From assembly GCA_964398665.1 (NCBI GenBank), contig CAYNNN010000001.1, positions 45,415 to 109,414 of the forward strand: 64,000 bases of DNA, read 5' to 3'. The first letter of the stretch is position 1. Every line of letters starts with the position of its first letter. The translations under genes and the position numbers were made by a program. Positions 47,478-55,808 of the stretch are shown in pieces. The DNA is from an uncultured Gammaproteobacteria bacterium. GTDB lineage: Bacteria; Pseudomonadota; Gammaproteobacteria; CAYNNN01. A model generated the notes under the pieces. That model searched no databases. It was not told the origin of the DNA and worked only from the letters and a program-made list of their open reading frames with translations.

Positions 47478-49249
47478 TGAAGCCTGCTCTCCTGATCCTG
47501 ATAAGCAGCAGTTTGGCTACGGTGCTGGCAGGAGTATTTCTGGACGCTACCTGGATAGGCTCCCATTACTACATTATCTTATTGACCTTAGGCCTATGGA
47601 TTTACTGGTCGGTGGTACGCCAAACGCTGACCTGCACAGCCACCACATGGGCTATCTTAGGCGTTAGTTTGCTGGGAACGTTATTTCTCGTTACCCGCGA
47701 GCCCATGATGTTCAAAAAGATTCCTGAGGAACCACAATCAGCACTGATAGCCATGAACCTCAGTGTGCAGCGCAAGCCAGTACTTACTGATCAAGGGATT
47801 ATGCAAGACCATGGGTTTGTTATAAAGCAGCCCTATCTTGACAAGCGTCCACTATTGTTCCCCTCGCTGCTGGCAGCCCTACACGACGGAATAGGCTATC
47901 ATCCTGGTAATGTATTTGTCCTCAATGCGATCCTGATATTTGTTTTATTAATGATATCAGCGTACATAGGATTACAACTCAATGGGTTCAGTGGAGCCAT
48001 CTTCACGATTGCCCTACTCCTGACTATCCCATTATTGGCCCAGCAGGCGACATCAGGCGGAGGAGAAATATTGCACTTGGTCATGCTGGCGAGCACGCTG
48101 CTGGCAGCCCAACGGTATCTGGCATCCCCAGACACCAACAAACTGATATCGCTACTGCTCAGTGGGTTGTTGCTGGCTCAGGTGCACACGGAGTCCGCGT
48201 TATTTCTATTACCCGTAGCGGCTGTTGCGTGTTGGGGCTGGTATAAGCAACGGCTGATTCAGCTCAATCAGAGTCTTGCCCTGATACCACTGTTATTGAT
48301 TCCCATCGTGATGCATCTGGTTTGGGTGCGGAGTTGGCCAGCCGGATTGGATTGGGGGAACAAGCTCTCGGTCAACTTGTTTGCAATGCTGGAATATTAT
48401 CTATGGTTGGCGCCATGGTCTTCAATGCACGCAACTATCGGCTGGCTCATCCTGCCCGGATTGGCCATTTTTAGCTACAGCAACCTACGAGCACTGCTGC
48501 TCGGCAAATCACTTGTTACGTCGCGGGGACCAATTCTGGTATTTGCGCCCTTCGTGTTGCTGAATCTATTGTTTCACCTTAGCCAGACCGAAGGTAATCC
48601 ACAGGAGCCGGCGCAAAGTGCGTTCACCTTGCCGCTGACACTTCTTGCCATTCTCGCCACCACGGCTCTGGTGCGCTTTACGCCACTTGTGATCAAAAGC
48701 AGCGCCATTTACCTGGCAGGCAATTTTTATTTTCTTACCTTACCGGCAACCAGCAGCCATTATTACACCACCGCATTGGGAGATGCCCATTATCTTCAGT
48801 GGGCGGAAAATTACTTTCGGCAGCGCCCCGCCACGGAGCGTTATCTGATCATCTCCAAAAAGAATGCGCTATTTTTGCTCAATCACCAATCCAGCCTCAT
48901 CCAGAACATTGCCATATTGCGTGCTACGCAAGTGCAGAACCTGCTGAACCAAAAGCTGGTGGATACTGTTTATGTCCTGCAGAGTCTCTATTTCGATCCC
49001 GTCACGCAAGATTTCCAGATAGCCCCCGGCCACGCACTGGGCAAGCAGTATCAATTGGAACCCCTAGCCCGCTACCGCTTTAATTTGATGGAGGTTGCGC
49101 AAATCAGCCAAGTGGTTGCCATCACGCCTGATCCTGCGGACAGACCCGCTCATTACCCAGGGTTCGTTGAAGAAGCGCGCACAGGCAAGTTACCCAGACC
49201 GCCGATCAGCCCGACACATATTCAGGAGCAGGCCCAGCGCCTGCCCTGA
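47477..49249 (+). CDS. large polytopic membrane protein, candidate GT-C-fold glycosyltransferase (paralog B)
   Basis: ATG at 47477 overlaps the stop of paralog A (ATGA). It has the same architecture and the shared motif PYLDKRPLLFPSLLAALHD, with a soluble C-terminal domain. It ends 10 nt from the pilD stop, and the two genes are convergent. Confidence 0.6.
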   Translation: MKPALLILISSSLATVLAGVFLDATWIGSHYYIILLTLGLWIYWSVVRQTLTCTATTWAILGVSLLGTLFLVTREPMMFKKIPEEPQSALIAMNLSVQRKPVLTDQGIMQDHGFVIKQPYLDKRPLLFPSLLAALHDGIGYHPGNVFVLNAILIFVLLMISAYIGLQLNGFSGAIFTIALLLTIPLLAQQATSGGGEILHLVMLASTLLAAQRYLASPDTNKLISLLLSGLLLAQVHTESALFLLPVAAVACWGWYKQRLIQLNQSLALIPLLLIPIVMHLVWVRSWPAGLDWGNKLSVNLFAMLEYYLWLAPWSSMHATIGWLILPGLAIFSYSNLRALLLGKSLVTSRGPILVFAPFVLLNLLFHLSQTEGNPQEPAQSAFTLPLTLLAILATTALVRFTPLVIKSSAIYLAGNFYFLTLPATSSHYYTTALGDAHYLQWAENYFRQRPATERYLIISKKNALFLLNHQSSLIQNIAILRATQVQNLLNQKLVDTVYVLQSLYFDPVTQDFQIAPGHALGKQYQLEPLARYRFNLMEVAQISQVVAITPDPADRPAHYPGFVEEARTGKLPRPPISPTHIQEQAQRLP

Positions 49250-49258
49250 TCAGTCCGG

Positions 49259-50119
49259 CTAGCCGGGTAAAAAACCACGCTGCAAAGCCTCACCGCCCAA
49301 TAAGGCCAGCCAGCCTGCAACAGCCAGAAATGGGCCAAAGGGAATCGGGGCTTCGCGGCCTAAGCCCCGGAGCCATAAAAACAGCGTGCCGATCACCGCA
49401 CCGCTTAACGAGGCCATCAGGATGATCGGGAGCAGGGCCTGCCAGCCCAGCCAGGCACCCAGCAGGGCCAGGAGTTTGAAGTCGCCATAACCCATGCCAT
49501 GCTTGCCGGTGACCAGGCGAAAGAGCTGATAAATACTCCATAAACTCAGATAGCCGCCGATAGCGCCGAGGATGCTGGCCTGGGGCGTGGTCAGCACACC
49601 CCATACGCTTAGCCCTAAACCCAGCCAGAGCGCCGGTTGGGTCAGGGTGTCAGGCAGCAGTTGATGATCCAGGTCAATAAAACTGAGCGCAATCAGCAAC
49701 CAGGTGAGTAATACTGCGGCCAGCATGGCGCCGGTGGGGCCAAAACGCCAGGCTACCGCCAGGGTCATGACGCCAGTCAGCAATTCTACCAGTGGATAGC
49801 GCAGGGGAATCGGCGTGCGACAAAACCCGCACCGACCGCGCAGGTAGAGATAACTGAGTACCGGAATGTTTTGCCAGGCCCGAATCGGTTGCCTGCACTG
49901 CGGGCAGTGAGAAGCCGGCGTGGCCAGATTGAACGGCCCTGAGGGTGCATCCGCCGGCAGTTGCAGGTATTCCTGGCAGTCCCGGCGCCAGGTGCGCTCC
50001 AGCATGAGCGGGATGCGGTGGATGACCACATTCAGAAAGCTGCCGACCACCAGCCCCAACAGCAGCGCATAGCCGAGGTAAATCGCTGAGTAGCGAAGAA
50101 AAAATTCTTCCAGGGACAT
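49259..50119 (-). CDS. pilD: prepilin peptidase / N-methyltransferase
   Basis: MSLEEFFLRYSAIYLGYALLLGLVVGSFLNVVIHRIP..., the Cys tetrad CxxC...CxxC, and the conserved Asp residues. Confidence 0.9.
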   Translation of the reverse strand: MSLEEFFLRYSAIYLGYALLLGLVVGSFLNVVIHRIPLMLERTWRRDCQEYLQLPADAPSGPFNLATPASHCPQCRQPIRAWQNIPVLSYLYLRGRCGFCRTPIPLRYPLVELLTGVMTLAVAWRFGPTGAMLAAVLLTWLLIALSFIDLDHQLLPDTLTQPALWLGLGLSVWGVLTTPQASILGAIGGYLSLWSIYQLFRLVTGKHGMGYGDFKLLALLGAWLGWQALLPIILMASLSGAVIGTLFLWLRGLGREAPIPFGPFLAVAGWLALLGGEALQRGFLPG

Positions 50120-50156
50120 CGTGGGATGGGCGAGGCACCCGGCCCCGCCCAGGTTC

Positions 50157-51449
50157 CTATTTACCCAGCACGGCCTGGCCGAGCTTGAAGATGGGCAGAT
50201 ACATGGCGATGATCAGCCCACCGATCAGAATCCCCAGCACCGACATAATCAAAGGCTCCAGCAGGCTGGTCAGGGCGTCGATGGCATTATCCACTTCTTC
50301 TTCATACCAGTCGGCTGCTTTGCCCAGCATATCGTCCAGCGCACCCGATTCTTCACCGATGGCCACCATCTGGACCACCATATGCGGGAACAGCCCTACC
50401 TGACGCATGGCCAACTGGAGTTGCTGGCCTGTCGCAATATCATCCCGGATCCGGTAACACGCCTCGGTGTAAACCGCGTTGCCTGTCGCCCCGGCAACCG
50501 AATCCATCGCCTCGACCAAGGGCACCCCGGCAGCAAACATGGTGGAGAGGGTGCGGCAAAAGCGGGCAATGGATGATTTATGGCCGATTTCACCGACTAC
50601 CGGAATTTTCAGCACGACACGGTCCAGAAAGACCCGGAAAGACCGTGAACGCTTGTACACTGCGTTAAAAGCTGCATAAACGGCACCAATACCGCCCAGA
50701 ATGGCCCACCACCAGGCCTGCATGAAGTAGGAGAGATTGACGACGAATTTGGTAAATGCCGGCAAGTCGGCACCAAAGCCCTTGAACAGGTTCTCAAACT
50801 GTGGCACCACAAAAATCAGCAGGATCGCGGTGACGATGAAGGCGACGATGATCACGGCCACTGGATAGAACATGGCCTTCTTGACCTTGTTCTTGATGGA
50901 CTCTGTGCGCTCCATGTAAGTGGCAATCTTGTCCAGCAGGGTTTCCAATACCCCGGCCTGTTCACCCGCCTGCACCAGATTGCAGAATAAATCATTAAAT
51001 TGCAGCGGATGCTTGCGCAAACCATCCGTGAGGGTGGCGCCGCCCTCAATATCGGTCTTAATTTCCAGCACCAGATCCTGCATGCTGGGGTTGCTGTGGC
51101 CCCGCCCGACGATTTCGAACGCCTGTACCAGTGGTACCCCGGCTTCCATCATGGTGGCCAGCTGTCGGGCAAATACGGTGATATCTTTGGTTTTAATGGG
51201 CTTCTTGCTGGCACCGAACAACGGCTTGGACTTGGGCTTGACTGTGCGGGGGGTAATGCCCTGACGACGCAGGTCGGCCTTGACGACCGCAATGCTGGGC
51301 GCACGTGTCTCGCCCTTGAGAACCTTACCGCGCTTGTCGGTACCCTCCCAACTGAAATAGCCTTCCTGAACCACTGTTTTCTTGGCAGGGGCGGCCTTGT
51401 TGAAGGCGCTGACGGATTTCTTGATGCCGCCGGTATTGGGGCTAGCCAT
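50157..51449 (-). CDS. pilC: type IV pilus platform protein PilC (GspF family)
   Basis: Two GspF repeats (…ATMMEAGVPLVQAFEIV… and …LSTMFAAGVPLVEAMDSV…). Confidence 0.9.
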   Translation of the reverse strand: MASPNTGGIKKSVSAFNKAAPAKKTVVQEGYFSWEGTDKRGKVLKGETRAPSIAVVKADLRRQGITPRTVKPKSKPLFGASKKPIKTKDITVFARQLATMMEAGVPLVQAFEIVGRGHSNPSMQDLVLEIKTDIEGGATLTDGLRKHPLQFNDLFCNLVQAGEQAGVLETLLDKIATYMERTESIKNKVKKAMFYPVAVIIVAFIVTAILLIFVVPQFENLFKGFGADLPAFTKFVVNLSYFMQAWWWAILGGIGAVYAAFNAVYKRSRSFRVFLDRVVLKIPVVGEIGHKSSIARFCRTLSTMFAAGVPLVEAMDSVAGATGNAVYTEACYRIRDDIATGQQLQLAMRQVGLFPHMVVQMVAIGEESGALDDMLGKAADWYEEEVDNAIDALTSLLEPLIMSVLGILIGGLIIAMYLPIFKLGQAVLGK

Positions 51450-51452
51450 AGG

Positions 51453-53183
51453 TTACTCCTTGGTCACGCGGTTAATTTCTTCCAGGCTGGTCAGACCAGA
51501 CTTGATTTTTTTGATGCCTGATTCACGCAAGTTGCTGATACCTTCACGCTTGGCCTGTTCCCCCAGTTGCAGCGAAGTACCACCCTCCATAATCAGCTTG
51601 CCCATGGCTTCCGAAATGGGCATGACCTGATAAAGCCCGACCCGACCTTTGTAGCCTTTCTTGCAGCTATCGCAGCCAGGACCTGGGCCATACAGGGTGA
51701 ATGGAGTGGCGAGATCAGCCTCGGTAAAACCTTCCTTGAGCAGGGCTTCGGCAGGCACTTTTTCTTCTTTCTTGCACAAGGGACACAAGCGCCGGGCCAA
51801 CCGCTGGGCGATGATCAAGACGACGGAGGAAGCGATATTGTAGGTGGGTATCCCCATGTTCATCAGGCGGGTCAGGGTCTGGGGCGCATCGTTGGTGTGC
51901 AGGGTGGACAGCACCAGATGCCCGGTCTGGGCCGCTTTTACCGCAATTTCCGCTGTTTCCAGATCCCGGATCTCACCCACCATGATCACATCCGGGTCCT
52001 GGCGCAAAAAGGCCCGTAGGGCGACCGGGAAGGTCATGCCGGTTTTGACGTTGACATTGACCTGATTGATGCCTGGCATATTGATTTCCACCGGGTCTTC
52101 CGCTGTGGAGATATTCCGGTCCACCGTGTTCAGGATACCCAGCCCCGTATACAGCGAGACGGTCTTGCCACTTCCGGTAGGCCCGGTCACCAGAATCATG
52201 CCATAGGGTTTGCTGAGTGCGCTCAGATAGGCCTTGCGTTGTTCTTCCTCGTAACCCAAGGCTTCAATCCCGAAGGTGGCACTGGTTGGGTCCAGGATCC
52301 GCATCACCACCTTTTCGCCAAACAGGGTCGGGCAGGTATTGACCCGGAAATCAATGGCCCGGTTTTTTGACACGGCCAGTTTGATCCGGCCATCCTGCGG
52401 CACGCGGCGTTCAGAAATATCCATCCTGGCCATGACCTTGAGCCGGGCAATCAAGCGGGGCGCCAGCGCCAGCGGGGGCTGAGCCACCTCATGCAGCAGG
52501 CCATCCTGGCGAAACCGCACCCGGAAAACCTTCTCGTAAGGCTCGAAATGCAGGTCGGAAGCACCCGACTTGATGGCATCCAGAAGAATCTTGTTCACGA
52601 ACTTGACGACCGGCGCATCATCAATATCCGGTCCGGCCGCTTCTGCGGTCGCGGGACCGCCGGGGTCATCGCCACTCAGGATGTCCAAAGCACCCAAGTC
52701 GTCATCACCCAGCATATCCTTCATGGAGGTATCGTTGGCCGCCATCGCCCGGTCTATGGCACGCCGGAGCTTGTCATCTTCCACCAACACGGCTTCTACC
52801 GCCAGCTTGGTGAAGAATTTGACTTCGTCAAGCGCCTGGAGATTGGTCGGGTCGGAAACGGCCACAAACAGCCGCTGGCCACGCTTGAAGAGCGGCAGGG
52901 CGCCATGCTGGCGAATCAGATCTTCCTTGACCAACTTGAAGATGGCCGGGTCCCCTTCCAGGGCTTCAATGTCAAACAGCGGCACCCCAAATTCATGCGA
53001 GGCAGCCAAGGCAATTTTGTTGGCGGCCAAAATCTTCTTGTCTACCAGGTGGGTGACAAAGGCTGCCTTTTGTTTGAGCGCATCCTGACAGGCCTGTTCC
53101 GCATCAGCCTGGCTGAGCAGATTATCGCGGATCAACCGGCGGGCGAGGCCGCTTAAGGGCGCTTTGGAGGGGGTGGTGGCCAT
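51453..53183 (-). CDS. pilB: type IV pilus assembly ATPase PilB
   Basis: N-terminal GSPII_E_N domain, Walker A GPTGSGKT, Asp and His boxes, and the Zn tetracysteine (CPLCKKEEK…CDSCKKG). Confidence 0.95.
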   Translation of the reverse strand: MATTPSKAPLSGLARRLIRDNLLSQADAEQACQDALKQKAAFVTHLVDKKILAANKIALAASHEFGVPLFDIEALEGDPAIFKLVKEDLIRQHGALPLFKRGQRLFVAVSDPTNLQALDEVKFFTKLAVEAVLVEDDKLRRAIDRAMAANDTSMKDMLGDDDLGALDILSGDDPGGPATAEAAGPDIDDAPVVKFVNKILLDAIKSGASDLHFEPYEKVFRVRFRQDGLLHEVAQPPLALAPRLIARLKVMARMDISERRVPQDGRIKLAVSKNRAIDFRVNTCPTLFGEKVVMRILDPTSATFGIEALGYEEEQRKAYLSALSKPYGMILVTGPTGSGKTVSLYTGLGILNTVDRNISTAEDPVEINMPGINQVNVNVKTGMTFPVALRAFLRQDPDVIMVGEIRDLETAEIAVKAAQTGHLVLSTLHTNDAPQTLTRLMNMGIPTYNIASSVVLIIAQRLARRLCPLCKKEEKVPAEALLKEGFTEADLATPFTLYGPGPGCDSCKKGYKGRVGLYQVMPISEAMGKLIMEGGTSLQLGEQAKREGISNLRESGIKKIKSGLTSLEEINRVTKE

Positions 53184-53254
53184 ACGTCCAGCAAATCACT
53201 ACCGAGGAAGGTAGTTAGATTGTAGCGCCAGACGCGGCTTTTACAAGCGCTTGG

Positions 53255-53680
53255 CTACAGCGCGATATCTTTGGTGAAACTGGCCTGCTCCACACCGTTG
53301 TAGGAAACGCGCAAGGTGTAGCAGGTCTGGGTTGCGGTAGTGGCACAAGCCTGAGTGCTGATGGCGTAGGTATACAGCCCCTTGTCGCCATTGGGAACCC
53401 AGTTCAGGGTGGTCTTGAGCGTGCAGGTTGCACAACAGCCCTCGGCAGTCGCCGCACAGGGCGTCCATTGAATGCCATTCAGGGCGGTAATGACGCCGTT
53501 ATTCTCGATGCCATAATTTTCCACGGCCAGGCGCAGGTTTTCCATATTGGCGCGAGCGGCCCCCCGCTGACCTTCACTGATGAAACCGTTATAGGCCGGG
53601 ATGGCGAAGGCTGCCAGGATGCCCACAATGGCAACCACGATCATCAGCTCGGCCAAGGTGAAACCGTGTTGGGTCTGCAT
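53255..53680 (-). CDS. pilA: type IVa pilin (paralog 1; Cys/Thr-rich C-terminal domain)
   Basis: [31 protein letters not shown] is a class III leader with Gly-1/Phe+1 and Glu+5. The 135-aa mature protein has 6 Cys and a Thr/Ala-rich stretch (CAATAEGCCATCTLKTT, ACATTATQTC). Confidence 0.85.
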   Translation of the reverse strand: MQTQHGFTLAELMIVVAIVGILAAFAIPAYNGFISEGQRGAARANMENLRLAVENYGIENNGVITALNGIQWTPCAATAEGCCATCTLKTTLNWVPNGDKGLYTYAISTQACATTATQTCYTLRVSYNGVEQASFTKDIAL

Positions 53681-53707
53681 GGTGAGGACTCCAGAACGCC
53701 AAAGACA

Positions 53708-53729
53708 GCACCTGCCCTGGGGCAGGTGC
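53708..53729 (-). other. strong GC hairpin between pilin 2 and pilin 1 (possible attenuator/partial terminator)
   Basis: gcacctgccc-tg-gggcaggtgc is a 10-bp perfect stem. On the minus-strand RNA it is followed by UGUCUUUGGCGUUC, an imperfect U-tract. Confidence 0.35.
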
Positions 53730-53759
53730 CTGCATCAGCCTGAATGCCAGGCGCAGGTC

Positions 53760-54212
53760 TTAGATCTGCGCGCCGTTGATGCTGACGGTTTCCTGGGCCA
53801 GGTCAAGATATTGCGGACGATCCAGGGTGATGGTGGAGTTGGCGACCGAGCCATCGGCGAAGGTATTGTCCAGGGTCACGCCGATGACCCCGTTGGTGGT
53901 GCCGGCACTGGCCGCATAGGCAGGCACGCCACCTTCCGGTGCCGCCTTGTTTTCGGGGTTCAGAACCTCGGTAATAAGTTCGTCCGTGTTAGCGCAGCAG
54001 GTGGGAGTACCATTACGGGCCACCACGGCAACGGCCTTGGACAACTCCGACTTGGCAGAGCGGTAGCCTTCGTCATAGTTGCTGGTCACCTTGGACATCT
54101 TGGCTTCACGGATGTAGTTGTTGTAAGCCGGGATGGCGATGGCGGCCAAGATGCCGATGATGGCAACGACGATCATCAGTTCGATTAAGGTAAAACCTTG
54201 CGTCTTTTTCAT
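53760..54212 (-). CDS. type IVa pilin (paralog 2)
   Basis: The ATG at 54212 has AGGAG 7 nt upstream. [38 protein letters not shown]..., 150 aa, with a single CC pair. The longer track ORF is a spurious 5' extension. Confidence 0.85.
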   Translation of the reverse strand: MKKTQGFTLIELMIVVAIIGILAAIAIPAYNNYIREAKMSKVTSNYDEGYRSAKSELSKAVAVVARNGTPTCCANTDELITEVLNPENKAAPEGGVPAYAASAGTTNGVIGVTLDNTFADGSVANSTITLDRPQYLDLAQETVSINGAQI

Positions 54213-54275
54213 GGTCATGCTCCTGAATGGGTGATTACCACGCGGGCCACATGCCCTGCGCTTGCCCTGGAATAT

Positions 54276-54292
54276 AGCACAGCCCATGCCAG
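54276..54292 (-). promoter_or_regulatory. sigma-54 promoter for pilin 2
   Basis: Minus strand reads CTGGCATGGGCTGTGCTATATT (TGGCAT-N5-GTGCT; GG-N10-GC). It lies about 65 nt 5' of the pilin 2 ATG. Confidence 0.5.
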
Positions 54293-54448
54293 GATGGGAC
54301 AGGGGCCTGCATGAGCCCCGGAAGGAAGGCTTTTTGTGACCGCCCGCACACAAACGGGCAGTCATCTCGGTGTCCGGGGCGGGGCGGCAGCGGCACAATT
54401 TGCCAGAGCTTGCCGTTTTTGGGCACATTGTGACACGGCTCCACGCGG

Positions 54449-54883
54449 CTAAATTTCGGCCGGGTCTATCACGGTGGATTCGGCACCCATGCCGAAATAA
54501 TCGGGGCGATCGATCACCAGCATACGGCCATTCAGACTGATGCCGACCACCCCATTGGTGGCGTCAGGCATTGTCGCGTAGGCCGGGACATAACCGGCTG
54601 GAGCCAGCTTGTTATCTGGATTGATCACGTCGATCCATTCCAATGTCGTATGGTCGGTCAAAGGCAGACCACGGGCACGCTGGACTTCAATGCGTCCAAA
54701 CTCGGCGCGGGCCGCACGATAAGCCTCATCATAATTACTGATGACATGACTGATTTGGGCCTCCCTGATGTAGCTGTTGTAAGCCGGGATGGCGAAAGAC
54801 GCGAGCATGCCGATGATGGCCACGACGATCATCAGCTCGATGAGCGTGAATCCGGATTGCCGCCGGCCGGGATGCTGTGCCAT
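54449..54883 (-). CDS. type IVa pilin (paralog 3; longer leader, no Cys)
   Basis: The ATG at 54883 gives [43 protein letters not shown].... It is closely related to paralog 2, and the mature protein has no cysteines. Confidence 0.85.
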   Translation of the reverse strand: MAQHPGRRQSGFTLIELMIVVAIIGMLASFAIPAYNSYIREAQISHVISNYDEAYRAARAEFGRIEVQRARGLPLTDHTTLEWIDVINPDNKLAPAGYVPAYATMPDATNGVVGISLNGRMLVIDRPDYFGMGAESTVIDPAEI

Positions 54884-54922
54884 AGTGCTGACCCTTATTG
54901 TTGTGAAATGATCCTGACGGGT

Positions 54923-54938
54923 TGCAGCATCCATGCCA
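54923..54938 (-). promoter_or_regulatory. sigma-54 promoter for pilin 3 (overlaps divergent GT2 start codon)
   Basis: Minus strand reads TGTGGCATGGATGCTGCAACC (TGGCAT-N5-CTGCA; GG-N10-GC), nearly identical to the pilin 2 promoter. It lies about 35 nt 5' of the pilin 3 ATG. Confidence 0.5.
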
Positions 54939-55808
54939 CAGACTCTCCCAGCGCTTAGCATCATCCTGCCGTGTCGCAATGAGGCCCTGAGCCTGCCGCA
55001 ATTGCTCAGCGAGCTGCATCAGATTTATCCGGACGCCGAGCGGATCGTGGTGGACGATGGCTCTGACGACGACTCTGCGGCCATCGCCCGCCAGTGCGGC
55101 GCCCTGGTCGTACGCCATCCCTACCCGCAGGGCAACGGCGCGGCCATCAAGACCGGGGCGCGCACTGCAACTGCGCCGGTGCTAGTGTTCATGGACGCCG
55201 ATGGCCAGCACCAACCGGATGATATTGCCCGGCTGCTGGCCAAACTGGATGTCGGTTATGCGATGGCGGTAGGCGCCCGTTCCGCCCAATCTCAGGCCAG
55301 TGTCGGGCGCTGGGCGGCCAACACCCTGTATAACCGCCTGTCCAGTTGGATGGTGGGCCAGCGGATTGAAGACCTGACTTCCGGGTTTCGGGCCGTACAG
55401 GCGCCCTTGTTTCGGGAGTTCCTGTATCTGCTGCCCAATGGCTTTTCCTACCCGACCACGATCACGATGGCCTTCTTCCGCAGCGCCTATCCGGTCGCCT
55501 ATGTGCCGATTGTGGCCCTGCAACGCCAGGGCAAAAGTCACATCCGCCCGCTGCGGGATGGCGCCCGCTTCCTGTTGATCATCTTCCGGGTTGCCACCTT
55601 GTATGCCCCGGTAAAATTATTCCTGCCCATCAGCCTGACTTTCTTCACGCTGGGCTTGGGTAATTATCTCTATACCTTCATGGTCGCCGGGCGCTTCACC
55701 AACATGAGTGCCCTGCTGTTCATCACCGCGATGCTGGTATTTCTCATCGGCCTGATTTCAGAACAGATCACCAACCTGCTCTTTGCCTACGGGGCCAAGC
55801 GTGAGTAG
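54933..55808 (+). CDS. GT2 polyprenyl-phosphate sugar synthase (GtrB/ArnC/DPM-synthase-like) with C-terminal double TM anchor
   Basis: [14 protein letters not shown]..., VVDDGSDD and FMDADGQH (DxD), then two C-terminal TM helices, the GtrB/ArnC architecture. 291 aa. Confidence 0.85.
   Translation: MPQTLPALSIILPCRNEALSLPQLLSELHQIYPDAERIVVDDGSDDDSAAIARQCGALVVRHPYPQGNGAAIKTGARTATAPVLVFMDADGQHQPDDIARLLAKLDVGYAMAVGARSAQSQASVGRWAANTLYNRLSSWMVGQRIEDLTSGFRAVQAPLFREFLYLLPNGFSYPTTITMAFFRSAYPVAYVPIVALQRQGKSHIRPLRDGARFLLIIFRVATLYAPVKLFLPISLTFFTLGLGNYLYTFMVAGRFTNMSALLFITAMLVFLIGLISEQITNLLFAYGAKRE

Noticed and set aside
53231-53250. 10-12-nt perfect palindrome caagcgcttg between pilin 1 and pilB
   Set aside because: It has no loop, so it cannot form a terminator hairpin. 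It is possibly a protein-binding dyad, but it is too short to call.
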